From Eledone cirrhosa (taxonomy: Eukaryota), in the NCBI GenBank assembly GCA_964016885.1, contig OZ024756.1, positions 5,518,001 to 5,582,000 of the forward strand: a stretch of DNA of 64,000 nucleotides. The letters run 5' to 3'. Positions within the stretch are counted from its first letter, which is position 1. Every line of letters begins with the position of its first letter. Positions 1 through 13,264 of this stretch are shown here, in pieces. A model generated the notes under the pieces. It made no database searches. It was not told where the DNA came from and worked only from the letters and a program-made list of their open reading frames with translations. The position numbers were made by a program, and so were the translations under genes.

Positions 1-111
1 AAGCTAGGCTTCACAGGAACAGAAAGAACACAACTTGTTAGGAAATTACAAGTACAATCCATTAATGGAACAGTAAAAATATGTAAAACATTCCAAAAAT
101 GTTGCATCTAA
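1..111 (+). pseudogene. C-terminal end of a REL-endonuclease-type (R4/Dong-like) non-LTR retrotransposon ORF; 3' UTR probably continues to about 480
   Basis: Frame 1 reads KLGFTGTERTQLVRKLQVQSINGTVKICKTFQKCCI*, resembling the LQxxxIxGTxKI terminal motif of R4/Dong-type ORFs. It is followed by a CA-rich then A-rich tail. Confidence 0.5.
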
Positions 112-618
112 TAACTGCACATACACACGTACAGATACAAAGCATATTCACATGCACACATACAACTCAAAACATACACATCCACACATACAATAACATC
201 CATATCTACACATGCATGCATACATACATATCTACCTAGTTGATGTTGTGTAAATTCCAATGAGAGATCTTGTGTCTATGTTAGAAACCAACTCTCTCCC
301 TCTATTGGTAACACTTTGTGAAATTATAAAACCAGAATAACATACATATATACATATGTGTGGGGCAAAATATTGCGAGTAAGAAAACAAAGCAGGGGAA
401 AAACAACTGATGTGTATATGCACGAGCAAAACATGTGAAACAAAAAGAAAATGAAATATAAAATAAAAATGAAAAACTGCCACTGAACCCTAGTTGAGAC
501 ATTTTCTGTGAGATTCCTAATCGAGAAACATTTGTTTGAATGTGATATTAAACGCGATGTACAGTTTTCTAACGCGGCTTCCAACATATGGTACATCACC
601 CATATTATATGCCATGTG

Positions 619-870
619 CAGGGCCAGATTTAATGGGGGTAAATCGGGAGCCCCACAAGCAACGGCCTTCAGCTGGGCTTTTTAGTTTTAGGATGGTTAG
701 ATTCTGTTAATTCAATAACTTATGTATAACTTTTCCATCCCAGTTACTTGCGCCAAGCTAACTTTGATACGTAAAATTGGGGGTTTTGCTGTATATTCTA
801 TTTTTGTGTATATAGTCGCCCACCCAAACATGAAGGTCACCGAGCACCCTAAGATCTAAATCTAACCCTG
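619..870. mobile_element. Degenerate hAT-like MITE
   Basis: Terminal inverted repeats CAGGGCCAGATTTA and TAAATCTAACCCTG match at 12/14. An 8-bp TSD is not convincing. Confidence 0.45.
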
Positions 871-2062
871 CTCATATAAGTCCTTCAATACATCTTGACG
901 TTGTTGATCAGTGAGTTGACCAGTATTCATACAACTCGTTGACCTTTGTATAGGTCGAATACCAGGCAAAGATTCTCTCGGAGAAAAAGCCATCATGCAC
1001 TAGATTTGTATTCGCTCCTTGCTCAATATATATTGGAGAGTGAAGTCACTAATTTTATTTATATATATGCTTGTATGTTGTATGTTTTTTACACACACAC
1101 GGACACTCGCACGCGCATACACATACATACAGACACACACTCGCACGCGCATACACATACATACAGACACGCACAGGCACGCACATACATATATATACAG
1201 ACACACACATGTTATATCTATTATTTCACTTTTCTCTCTTTCTCTCAGACATGGGACTCTGTGTGTTGATATGTTTAAAATGTATTGCTAAATAGTGTTT
1301 GTTCATATAAAACGGAAGACTAAAACCAGCCACTACAGCATGGAAGATTGATTTTCGCCATTAAAAAATAAAAAAATCTATTAAATTTCCTCAAAATGTA
1401 TTAATTTTTATTGCGCTGGAACCGTGTCAGTGAAAAGGTATGAAACATCCCTCTAAAACATTGAATCCAGGTGTGGTAAGAAACTTATAGGAGAGCTGGA
1501 CAGTAGAAGGTCTTCAGAGAAGAACCCTCTCGCCTCCAGCACTCAAGTGTTTGGGCACTTAACTTCTCATCCAGAAAATTCAGGTTAATGTGAAGTAAAT
1601 AATCGTTGGGTGTGCTTTTTATTAGCAGCTAACATGTCCCTTCCATGCTGTAATTACATTAGTTTCAATACAGGGTCTCAGATCAAGTCACTTACCAGAC
1701 AAGCACAATGTCAAAATATAAAGGCTACATTCTAATACTATTGTAGCAAATAAAAACGGACTTTACTCAACTATCTTATCAGACAGAAAAGTCTGTCATC
1801 AGGTCGGAAAGAAACGAGATGTGTGTGTTGACAAATTTGCTATATATTTTCTTAGTTTTACTTTCTGTGACGTTAGAGAATAATACACCATTGCCATTTA
1901 TGGTCATCTCGTTCTTTCCATACAAACAATTATTTATTGTAATTTATCACTTTATTATAAGAATATAATACACATACACACCACACACACAGAATGGAGC
2001 CAGTAAAAACCAGTTAGACCATTACTCACTAGAGTAATCCTTACTTGGTGTAGTAGAGTGGG

Positions 2063-2096
<34 letters not shown>

Positions 2097-2099
<3 letters not shown>

Positions 2100-2229
2100 A
2101 ACCAGTAAGACCCCGACAGCTGAGCTCAGCTGTCGGGTCTTACTGGTTCCTATTACCCACTCTACTACCCCAAGTATTGAGTACTTTGGTGCGTTATGGT
2201 CCACCTGGTTCCTTTCCACATTTCCTTCG

Positions 2230-2231
<2 letters not shown>
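2097..2231 (+). mobile_element. PLE-type fold-back fragment, family A (short inverted repeat plus 3' tail) in (TA)n
   Basis: Hairpin aggaaccagtaagacc..cagctGAGCTCagctg..ggtcttactggttcct, then a tail ending ttccttcgt-(TA)n. Homologous to 13071-13266, 21480-21540 and 48333-48422. Confidence 0.7.
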
Positions 2232-2282
<51 letters not shown>

Positions 2283-2326
2283 AATCTGTTATTTTAATAA
2301 ATATGTATATGTATGTATATGTATAC

Positions 2327-2358
<32 letters not shown>

Positions 2359-2749
2359 GTGTGTATGTGTATATGTATGTATGTATATATATGTATAGAC
2401 ATATACACGCACACAAAATATTTCAAATAACATCATTTTACCATGGAATTGTACTAAGAATCTGGTTCGACGTTGAACAGAGGAATTTAATGTAACCCTA
2501 TCAATTTGTAATATTGCAGGTATACAGATATATATACACTTGACTACATATGTTTATCACTTAGTTATAGAGTTAAGGGCAAGGCTACTCGTGGTTTTGA
2601 GAGCCTCAGGGTAGCTGAGTAGGAAGTCAAGTGGTTGGCCTGAAACTAGATGTTAACTAACGTGCAACAGGAATATATGCACATTAGCAGTATTCTGTAT
2701 GTATCCAAATGTAAACACATCTACATTACTCCCTTCTTTATGAACCTGT

Positions 2750-2958
2750 CTCGGGGCTCACCAAGCCGGTACTTATTCCAGTCTTCGTGGCTTGAAGCGA
2801 CTGAGAATACAAGACTTCCCCTGGATAGGACACCAGTCCATCGCCGGCTTAAAATCCGTTTCGAGCTCCAAGGCTCATCTGGCCGGTGCTTATCCTGGTT
2901 TCAGTTGCGTGAAGCGACAGCGAGTACAAAACTGCCCCTGGACAGGACACCAGTCAAT
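2750..2958 (-). mobile_element. Two tandem 3' fragments of the CORE-type SINE seen at 33330-33610
   Basis: The reverse complement contains gactggtgtcct(a/g)tccagggg..gtcgcttca twice, matching the 3' half of the 33330 element. Confidence 0.55.
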
Positions 2959-3499
2959 CGCCTATGCCTTTCATCCTTACAGGATCGATAAAATAAAGAA
3001 CCAGTAATGCACTGGGGTAATTGCTGGCTGTGTGCCAAAAGTAGAAGCAGTGATTTCTTCAATAGTTCTCAATCAAATTTTTTTTTCCGTCCTTGAAAGT
3101 AATTTATTTTCATTTCAGATGCATGGAGGCCAACCAGTGCAACCCCCCCCCCCCACACACACACACGAGAATTGAGAGGATATGGTCCTCCAGTAACAAC
3201 TATCTTCTGCCTCCTTCAATATTAAAGAGAGCTCTTTTATATGTCAATACTTTATGAATCTGAAAAATAGTTATTTCGCCAATGAATTATCGAACATTTG
3301 AAAAACGATGGCGATGAATAATTCAGGTAGTTCGAATTTTATTTTATTTTTACCTGTCTTTCGTTTTAGTTGTTTTTCTTTGATATTTTAATAAATTAAA
3401 TTCAGGAACTATTTTCAAAATGTCCATATTACAATCGCAGGAATTCCAACGACGTCTTCACCAATTCTCTTGGTTTGAAATTGTTTTGGTTTAAATGTT

Positions 3500-3760
3500 T
3501 GAAGAGAGGGAGAGGGATCATAAAGGTTGACAGTGTGGGGATGGTGGGAGGAGAGAGCGGAAAGGGAGGGTAGGGTTGACAATATGGGGATGGTGGGAGG
3601 AGAGAGGGAGGGTATGGTTGACAGTGTGGGGTTGGTGGTAGGAGAGAGGTTGAGGAGGATGGTTATGGTAACAGTGTGGGGGGGTGGTGGGAGAGAGGAG
3701 AAGAGAGGGAGGGCAACGTTGACCATATGGGGATGGCGAGAGGAGACAGGAGGGGATAGT
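3500..3760. repeat. Purine-rich minisatellite, about 39-bp unit
   Basis: Recurrent ggttgaca(g/a)t(g/a)tgggg(a/t)tggtgggaggagaga. Confidence 0.75.
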
Positions 3761-3798
3761 AAGTGGATTGATATTGATTCTGATTAATATATATATAT

Positions 3799-4017
3799 GT
3801 GAAGGCGTGTGGCTGCGTGGTTAGAGAATTGGATTCACAATGGTGAGGTTGTGAGTTCGACTCCTGGACCAGGTGATGCTTATGTCCTTGAGCAAGACAC
3901 TTTATTTCACGTTGCTCCTTCTACCTGGAGTTGCGACCGATAGATAGTATTAGCAATTGGAAGGACTCATGGAAACATTGTTTGCTCGGTCCGATTTGAC
4001 GAAAGTCGATCGATCCT
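3799..4017 (+). mobile_element. tRNA-derived CORE-type SINE flanked by (TA)n
   Basis: A box tggctgcgtgg, B box agttcgactcc and CORE-like tgtccttgagcaagacacttt. A close paralogue lies at 51599-51818. Confidence 0.8.
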
Positions 4018-4031
4018 ATATATATATATAT

Positions 4032-4420
4032 AATTGTTTCTACTTTAGGCACAGGGCCAGTAAATACCCAGTGCATTACTGGTACTTTATTTTATCGACC
4101 TCGTAAGGATGAAAGGCAAAATCAACCTCGGCGGGATTTGAACTCAGATCGTAAAGGGACATAACTATGCTGGAAAGCATGGCGTTCGACCCTCTACTGA
4201 TACTGCCAATCCACCGCCCTGCATATAAATAATTGTTTCTACTTCTGGCACAAGGCCAGCGATTGCCCAGTACCTTACTGGTACTTTATTTTATCGACCC
4301 TGTCAGGATGAAAGGCAAAGTTGACCTCGGCGGGATTTGAACTCAGATCGTAAAGGGACGTAACTATGCTGGAAAGCATGGCGTCCGACCCTCTACTGAT
4401 ACTGCCAATCCACCACCCTT
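4032..4420 (-). mobile_element. Tandem pair of tRNA-derived Meta-type SINEs
   Basis: Two reverse copies of ggcggtggattggcagtatc..gagttcaaatcccgccgagg..gcctttcatccttacggggtcgataaaataaagtaccag..agaaacaatt. Confidence 0.85.
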
Positions 4421-4527
4421 TATTGTTTATTATATCCAGTTTATTATATATATATATATAATAAATACGTAAAAACTTCATAAAAGCAAGAACCAAGAAA
4501 CATGTTAAAACGAGACATTATTAGTAT

Positions 4528-4845
4528 CCCGCTGAGGTTGATTTTGCCTTTCATCCTTACGGGGTCGATAAAATAAAGTACCAGTAATGCACTGGGTAAT
4601 TGCTGGTCTTGTGCCTAAAGTAGAAACAATTATTAGTAATACAACTGCGGGGCGGTGGATTGGCAGTATCGGTAGAGGGTCGGACGCCATGCTTCCCAGC
4701 ATAGTTACGTCCCTTTACGATCTGAGTTCAAATCCCGCCGAGGTTGACTTTGCATTTCATCTTTACGGGGTCGATAAAATAAAGTACCAATAATGCACTG
4801 GGTAATTGCTGGCCTTGTGCCTAAAGTAGAAACAATTATTAGTAA
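4528..4845 (+). mobile_element. Tandem pair of Meta-type SINEs (first copy 5'-truncated)
   Basis: Same consensus on the plus strand. The motif attattagta occurs before, between and after the units. Confidence 0.85.
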
Positions 4846-4959
4846 TAAAACGAAGATTCGCAGAACTTACTGGAAATATGCCAGAAGACAAACCACGAGA
4901 ACAAGTGTATTGAAAAACTCGCTAACTTTAATTCGGTTTTAGTGCCAACCCTCAATATT

Positions 4960-5710
4960 GCTCATTACCCTCTTGGGTAGTGTACGAAAGAGTACGATGG
5001 GGGATAGAAGCAGCCGAAATGGGGTTCCTCCGAAGGGTTTTTAGAGTAACGTTACTGAATAGAGTGCATAGTTAGATTAGAGTGTCACTTCATGTAGAGC
5101 CGATACTTCTTCATATTGACAGATAAGAAATAATAATATGTTTAAGCTAAAGCTGTCGCAGTTGCGAAGCTACATAACTTAGTGGCTACATATCCAGAGA
5201 AGCTGGAGATGGAAAGCGTATCTGTATTTTGATAGTCATTGTGACAACTAGGAGCATATTTTGATCTGATTAGCATTCCTCAGTGAAGCAGTTAACTTTT
5301 GAATATAAATACTGTTAGCGACTGTTCAGTATTTATGTAAAGAATATGTTCGCGAATACAAGCGGCCGAAATAGGGTTCCCACGAAAAGTCTTAGGACTA
5401 ATATTACTCGATAGAGTGCGTAGCTCGGAGATTAGACAGTCACTCCAGGTAGATCCGCTACTTCTTCAAATTGAGATATCACAGCTCCGATACTATGGGT
5501 ATGTGTTTAAAATATCTCAGGAAAGATCGCTGGACAGAACCAATAAGTAGGAAACCCAGGGGTAATCCCTGAACAAGTTGGTTGGATAATATCTATGAGA
5601 ATCGCTGGTTTCGATTGGAGATTCAGCCGGTTCAGTTGGAAATGTTTGCTTCTGACAGGAAGTGTTTAAGGACTCTTCCCCCACAACCCTCATAGAAATA
5701 AATGGGCCAA
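4960..5710 (+). mobile_element. Degenerate RTE-like LINE 3' fragments
   Basis: Translates in part to EAAEMGFLRRV..VTLLNRV and ..RVRSSEIRQSLQVDPLLLQIE..QLRYYG, typical of the RTE C-terminus. Homologous to 24400-25490. Confidence 0.65.
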
Positions 5711-6284
5711 GCTTTATATGGATTTAATTTATGTGACTGAAAATTTGGAATAGTTCATATAACCTCTTAAGGCCTTCCTTGATTAGACAGTGAAACAATA
5801 TGATCAAGTATTATGTGTAATGTGAATTAAAGTACGCTGGTTGCTAACAAGTAACGTGCACGAGACGGCGTTCTATTGATTTGATGGTTTGGAGAAATTT
5901 AATTTGGTGAATTAGCAGCTATTTATAATGTTTCTAGTTCATCAGAGGATGATAGGGAGAGGAAGATAAATTAGTGCTAGTATCATGACAAGGGATTATG
6001 ACAAGGAGAGCAAAGAGGAGTCGTTATGAGACGTACTTGAAAGAAAAGGAAAAAGAATTAAATATATTGTCTTCTAATCCGTAGTAGAATCATTAGTCAA
6101 GAACAGGTGTATGTCAACGAAATCACAAATACATCAGGTATAATTATAATTATTTATTTATCTTCTCTTCGTTTCTCTCCAATTCTTGTCGTTTTGTCTT
6201 TCGTTGATAAAACAATGTAATTTATTTATGATATATATCCTGTAAATATAGTTTAATAGAAAGGGAAAAAAAGAACATTTATAT

Positions 6285-6576
6285 CAGGCACGGGCAACCT
6301 TTTTCGAGAAGCGGACCAGATGAGATATGACTCATCATCAGGTGGTCTGCAAGCGCTAATTTAGACCCGTGCCACATTAAAAAAAAGATTGGTAACTCGG
6401 GTTGTTTTGATTTGTTTCTTCAGAATTCGTACACGTTGTTTTCCTCGATCGTAAACAAATGATAGAAAGATAAATTACGACTGAAAAGTTGGGGTAAAAG
6501 AATCAGAAAGATTTCACTTAGGTGACTTAGGCGAGTCATTCAGAAGGCATTGCGGGCTGCCGGTTTCCCATGACTG
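6285..6576. mobile_element. hAT/Charlie-like MITE
   Basis: Ends CAGGCACGGGCAAC and GTTTCCCATGACTG. The right flank GTCTAGAC fits the Charlie NTCTAGAN target. Confidence 0.5.
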
Positions 6577-6924
6577 GTCTAGACTGAGGAAACAATAATG
6601 GAATGTAAAATAGAAAAATATAAAGAAAAAAAACGGAAAACGGAAGGAATTGCAAGGGCTGTAGTGTCACAGAAGAATTGGGAGGTAGAGAGTGATGGGG
6701 TTCTTGGCCTAGGGTGTGGTGGTAATGGTATAATTATACATTAAAACATATGGATATATACATCATGGATGTATATGTTGTGGTGATATGTAATGAAAAC
6801 AAAAATATATTATCTCACCTTTGTATATTCAGTTATCACATACACTAGTTTCATACATTTTTATCAATCATAACACTTTCATATCTAGCTACGAGTAATT
6901 AATTTCATTGAATTAGTGGGGAAA

Positions 6925-7370
6925 AATAATGGTTCCTGATTTAGACACGTCTAACAGTTTTAAAGGAGGGGAATGTCGATTAAATCTACCCCAGTGTATT
7001 ACTGCTACTTTATTTTATCAACCCCAGATGAAAGACAAAGCTAACCTCGGCGGCATTTGAACTCAGACCGTAAAAGTATGTAACTCTATCCTGCAAAGCA
7101 TGGTGTCAGACGCTCTTCAAATTTTGCCAGTCCAGTCCTATTAGTGGGAAAATAATTGTTTCTACTTTTGGCACAAGGCCAGCAATTTGGGGGGAGGGGA
7201 AACTCGATTAAATCGACCAGTACGTTACTGGTGCTTTATCTTTTTCGACCCCGTATGGATGAAAAGCAAAGCTAACCTCGGTGGGATTTGAATTCAGACC
7301 GTAAAAGTCTGTAACTCTATCCTGCAAAGCATGGCGTCAGACGCTCTTCAAATTTTGCCAGTCCAGTCCT
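6925..7370 (-). mobile_element. Tandem pair of Meta-type SINEs
   Basis: Two reverse copies of the consensus. The flank attagtggg recurs at about 6912, 7140 and 7371. Confidence 0.8.
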
Positions 7371-7704
7371 ATTAGTGGGAATATAATACAACGTTTTAAA
7401 CATTCGTTTAAAATAGGTTTCAATGAACGGGAAAATGTTTGATTATATATCACAACATGGTCAGAGAATTTATTCGTTAAGGTGTTCTATCCCACAATGT
7501 CCGAAACATTACTTATAAAGAAACATAGGAATAGCCACGATGAAACACTAGAAAATACCACGATATAATAACCCCAACTAAATTTCATAAAAACAGGCCA
7601 CAAATAAAACACGAAAAATTTACAGGCAGCACATTTAAATAATACCTTTACCGATATCACTTAAGATATTAAACCAGGAAACATGTATTTGCTGATATTA
7701 TTTC

Positions 7705-8100
7705 AGGGGTGGGTTGGCAGTGTCGGTAGCGGGACGGATGCCATGCTTTGGAGCATAGAGTTACGGCCCTTTATGATCTGAGTTCAAATCCCGCCGAGGT
7801 TAACTTTGCCTTTCATCCTTACGGGGTCGATAAAATAAAGTACCAGTCACGCACTGGGTCGATTTAATCGACTTACCCTTCCCCCAAAATTGCTGGCCTT
7901 GTGCCTATATAAGAAACAATTATTTCAGGGGTGGATTGGCAGTATCGGTAGAGGGTCGGACGCCATGCTTTGCATGGGTCTGATTTCAAATCTCCCGAGG
8001 TTAACTTTGCCTTTCATCCTTACGGGGTCGATAAAATAAAGTACCAGTAATGCACTGGAGGTAATTGCTGGCACTGTGCCAAAAAGTAGAAACAATTATT
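7705..8100 (+). mobile_element. Tandem pair of Meta-type SINEs
   Basis: Two forward copies, the second internally deleted. The flank ttatttcag is present three times. Confidence 0.85.
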
Positions 8101-8910
8101 TCAGATACCTTAAATGTACGGTGTATATTTAATGTAATATTTCAATTTTCTTACGTACAATATATAAATTCTGCAAACGTAAGTAATTCGGAAAAACAAA
8201 CAACTCTAGAAATGTTAATTGTTAGTATATAATAATTTTGCTCAAACATAAATAATTGTTACAGCGCATTCAATTTCTCAATTTCGTCCTTTTCTTCTTC
8301 TCGAAGAGCGAAATATTTGAAACTTCAATGGCCGTTAAGAAGAAAAGTTATAGGAATAAATATACCACACAAATCTCAATGGTATTTGTGACAACATATA
8401 GAAATATATATATACCAATTATACATTAATGTTTCTAAAGAAAACAAATTACTATATACATTTATATCTCATAAATAACCGCAGTTTCTTTATATCTGTA
8501 ATTACATTCTTTCGTGATGAAATAGAAACTAAAAACTTAACTAAAATCCTAACACTTTCCTTTATTAGATTTTCTTTTTTATTCTGAAGTCGTTTTTCAT
8601 ATATTTCCGAAGCCTTTTAAATAAAACTACATATTTTCGCCATTTATTCGGATATGTTTAATATTAAAAGGAGGGTAATATGTATCTTTAATAAATTGTT
8701 ATATATAGCTGTACATATAGAAATATAGTGTACCAACTTATCCAAAGTCTGGTGTATTTTTCTCGTTTCACAAGTATCTGGTATACTTGTTTTGTCTTGC
8801 GATTATTCCTGATATGTCGTCGCTATTCAGATAAGGGGCAACACGTGTGTTTCAGATATATTTTAGATACATTTTTGGAAGTGTCTATGAAATATTACCA
8901 CAAGAAATAC

Positions 8911-9112
<202 letters not shown>

Positions 9113-9149
9113 TATATATATATCTGTGTGTCTGTGTAAATATATATGT

Positions 9150-9192
<43 letters not shown>

Positions 9193-9780
9193 AATATATA
9201 TATATATATGTGTGTGTGTGTATATATATGTATGTGTATGTATATATATATATATATATATATATCTGTGTGTGTGTGTGTATATATATGTATGTGTATG
9301 TATATATATATGTATATATGTGTGTGTGTCTGGATATATGAATGTGTGTGTGTATATGTGTATGTATGTCTGTGTGTTTATATATATATATATATGTGCG
9401 TGTGTGTCAACAACAGATGTCAGGTTAGTTCACGTTCTACTATACGCCAGTTATAATTTTATCTTGAACTAATTTCGTGTTTATCAATTTCAGTGAATCT
9501 ACCTCCAGCAAATTGTTTGGGTGTTCTTTTTTCATTCTAATTTCATACATATTTCCTGACACATCTTGAAATTAATTCTCCTCATTTTTCAGTTTTCTAC
9601 GGCTTCCTTTTCATTTCCTGTCTTCTAATTTTTTTAATCTAATGTTTTATTCCCTTATTTCATTTGTCTCTAGTTTCAATTTTATCTCAGTTTTAGATTA
9701 TTTTTCTATTATCTTATTAGATTCATTATTTCGTGTGTGAGACAACGAGAAGTGTTATATATAGTCAATATCTCTTATTA

Positions 9781-9968
9781 TAATTGTTTCTACTTTTGGC
9801 ACAAGGCCAGCAAATCCCCATTGTATTATTGGTACTTTATTTTATCGACCCCGTAAGGATGAAAGGCAAAGTTAACCTCGGCGGGATTTGAACTCAGATC
9901 GTAAAGGGACGTAACTACGCTGGAAAGCATGTCTGACCCTCTACTAATACTGCCAATTCACCACCCTT
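9781..9968 (-). mobile_element. Meta-type SINE
   Basis: Full reverse-strand match to the local consensus. Confidence 0.85.
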
Positions 9969-10252
9969 GTCTTATTATAATCAACAGCTAAATTACTCTC
10001 ATATAACATCAAGCTATCTTCTAAAATGTCGTATAAATCTGAAAATATGACGGGGTAATGATAGACGGAACGATTCTAATAAAAGGCCGGCTTTATTAAG
10101 GCTAACCTGGGGCTATATAAAAAACACCAGTAGTAAATCTTTAAAAATTATATTTGTAGATGGTGAGGTTTTACTATGATACTTAGATCTCTCCTATTCC
10201 TTACTATATTAGAAGTTACAAGCGTCTACGACAACCAAACTGTGAACAACTA

Positions 10253-10732
10253 TCTATATATATAAAACTGAGGATGTCTGTCTGTGTGTGTGAGTTTGAA
10301 TCCCTAAAACTAGAGAAGCACCCAACCGACTATTTTCAAACTTTACACATGTAATACTTGTGTTTCAGGGAGTCTTCTGAGCACAACAATTTCAAATTCT
10401 CAATGCGCTAGGGACCGAATTAGGCGATTTAGCGATATCTCTCTATAGATACATATATATAACTTCGGGCCTCTTATAATATCTGTCTGTATGTCTGGCT
10501 GTCACCGGTTATTCTGCCACCCATGCTCAAGACAAATCTCACACTCATATCACAAACAGTTGGTAAGTGCACACAACTTCTTCTTCACCTTTTAAGCCAC
10601 AGTGTTGCTTACTTACGTACCACCAGACCCTTACTTCTTTTCCAGCCGTGGTTGGGGCAATACTAAGCTTAGCTAAGGCGGTTATATATTTCACAATACC
10701 TTATCCCGTGCAACGCCGGGTACCACTGCTAG
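10253..10732 (+). mobile_element. Non-autonomous Helitron
   Basis: Starts A|TCTATATATATAAAA, has a subterminal hairpin CCCGTGCAACGCCGGG, and ends CTAG|T. Confidence 0.75.
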
Positions 10733-10734
10733 TA

Positions 10735-11120
10735 TATAAAACATTTAATATAGAAATAGCTTCAACAGGAGTAGAACTGTTTCATTCAAAGGAAATCATC
10801 AGGGAAAGAAGATTTGCGTTATAATACGTTATTTATGTTTACTGGTTGGTGAGGATGGAAGTTCTTTTTAGGATGGTTAGAGGACATTGGCTGATACTGT
10901 TAAGGAAATGAGCTTCTTTGAAAAAAACGAAGATAAAAAGCAGGTTTATATACATACTTAAAACCAATAGAAATGTATACAAAAGTCGGCTTTTCCTGAT
11001 GATTTCCTTCGAATGAAACATGTAGAAGACATTTCGATATTAAATGTGGTTGTATACACTCTACAAATGTATTGAGTACCTTATTTACTGTGGTTACCCC
11101 TGATTGAAGCCGGGACTCAT
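10735..11120 (+). mobile_element. PLE-type inverted-repeat fragment with hammerhead motifs in both arms
   Basis: 10735-10815 is the reverse complement of about 10985-11048. The tail carries GAGTACCT at 11074 and runs into (TA)n. Confidence 0.65.
10991..11028 (+). ncRNA. Minimal type I hammerhead ribozyme motif
   Basis: tttc-CTGATGA-tTTC cttc GAAt-GAAA-CATG-TA-gaag, with a palindromic stem III and GUA cleavage triplet. Confidence 0.7.
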
Positions 11121-11176
11121 ATATGTATATACAGTCCATACATACATACATATATATGTTTAGATATATATGTATG

Positions 11177-11220
<44 letters not shown>

Positions 11221-11324
11221 TATGTATGTATATATGTATGTCTGTGTATATATAGATATGTATATGTATGTATGTATGTATATATATGTATGTATGTATA
11301 TATATGTATGTATGTATATATATG

Positions 11325-11383
<59 letters not shown>

Positions 11384-11647
11384 GTATGTATGTATATGTA
11401 TATATGTATGCATGTATGTATATATGTATATGTATGTATATATGTATGTATGTATATACAAAGCCAGTCCCACTCTCTTAACCTAGATGATATTTACCAA
11501 AAAGAAGAGCAAGTCAACATCATTGGATACCATCAGGTTTGCAGGTGTTATATCAGAGTTTTTCTTCTCCTAGAATTCTGCCTTGACAAAGGCTAAGGGG
11601 TCATCTCTCCCGGTGATTTTGGATGGCCATTGACTCTTAAGAGCTCC

Positions 11648-11920
11648 TTTGCTCTTGTGTCAATAATTGTCACAAGTGTAGTGTTTGTACCAGAGTTTTC
11701 AAGTCGCTGGCTGGACTAAAAAGTCACACTCGTTCAGCGCATCGGTAGGGGTTCTCCTACATGGATATAAAGTAGTGGCCGTACTCGAAAACGAGTTGGC
11801 AGCCACCATATATATATATGTATATATATGTATATATGTATATATATATATATACATATATACATATATACATATATATATACATATATATATATATATG
11901 GTGGCTGCCAACCATGTATA

Positions 11921-11972
<52 letters not shown>

Positions 11973-12166
11973 TATACATATATATATTCATATATATATA
12001 TATGTGGTGGCTGCCAACTCGTTTTCGAGTACGGCCACTACTTTACATCCATGTAGGAGAACCCCTACCGATGCGCTGAACGAGTGTGACTTTTTAGTCC
12101 AGCCAGCGACTTGAAAACTCTGGTACAAACACTACACTTGTGACAATTATTGACACAAGAGCAAAT
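11648..12166. repeat. About 160-bp near-perfect inverted repeat whose arms are separated by a (TA)n spacer
   Basis: 11648-11810 is the reverse complement of about 12003-12165. A third short copy, ggtggctgccaac, lies at about 11900. Confidence 0.85.
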
Positions 12167-12583
12167 ATATTACGTTGAAAGAGATAGAAGGTTGAACAAT
12201 GCAATATGGACTGTAAGATGAGATAAGTAAAAGTAAATGACCAGGTAATCTTTGTTTTGTTTTGTTGTTCTTCTTCTTTTATCTGTTCAATAATTCGAAC
12301 GCTTGAAAACGACTTATGAAAAATTTAAATCAAAATCAAAATTTTATCCCAGAGAGAGGAAATTGGAACGTTATCCACTGAAGGTTCCTTAAACCCCGAA
12401 GAGGGGACTTTTAGGTCCCGAAATATTGGACAGATAAAACAACAACAAAACAAAGATTACCAGGTAACGGAGGGCAAACGCTTATGCATTTCAGACTTGA
12501 GTGGACTTTATCAGGATAGTCCTTCCCACGCTTGCAACTGTGGGACCTGATAACATACATATATGTATGTATGTAGTAATAGT

Positions 12584-12956
12584 AATTGTTTCTACTTTTG
12601 GCACAAGGCCAGCAATGATCCAGTGTATTACTGGTACTTTATTTTATCCACCCCGTAAGGACGAAAGGCAAAGTTAACCTCGGCGGGATTTGAACTCGGA
12701 TGGGAATGTGACGTAAATCTTTGCGTCAAAGCATGGCGCCCGACCCTCTACATGTAGTAATAATAATTGTTTCTACTTTTGGCACAAGGCCAGCAAATAC
12801 CCAGTACATTACTGGTACTTTATTTTATCGACCCCGTAAGGATGAAAGGCAAAGTTAACCTCGGCGGGATTTGAACTCAGAATGGCAAGGGCCGTAACTC
12901 AATGCGTCAAAGCATGGCGTCCGACCCTCTACCGGTACTGCCAATCCACCGCCCTT
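12584..12956 (-). mobile_element. Tandem pair of Meta-type SINEs
   Basis: Two reverse copies. The flank atgtagtaata occurs at about 12571, 12752 and 12959. Confidence 0.85.
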
Positions 12957-12999
12957 ACATGTAGTAATAATAATGAAGACCAAAATCCGAATATATATA

Positions 13000-13037
<38 letters not shown>

Positions 13038-13070
13038 ATATATATATATATATATAATATATATATATAT

Positions 13071-13264
13071 AGGAAAAAGTATGACACCGACGGCAGATCT
13101 CAAGCCGTTTCGACGGCTATTTCTGGAGTCCAGAAATAGCCGTCGAAACGGCTTGAACTCTGCCGTCGGGGTCATACTTTTTCCTATTACCCACTCTACT
13201 ACCCAAAGTATTTTAGTACTCTGGTTCGTTATGGACCATCTTGTTCCTTACCACATTTCCTTCG

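Noticed and set aside
1775-1805. Minus-strand CTGATGA followed by a CAGAC/GTCTG hairpin
   Set aside because: No GAAA box follows the stem, so it cannot be called a hammerhead.
5915-5950. Minus-strand CTGATGA-acta-GAAAC
   Set aside because: There is no room for stem II and no convincing stem I, so it is likely chance.
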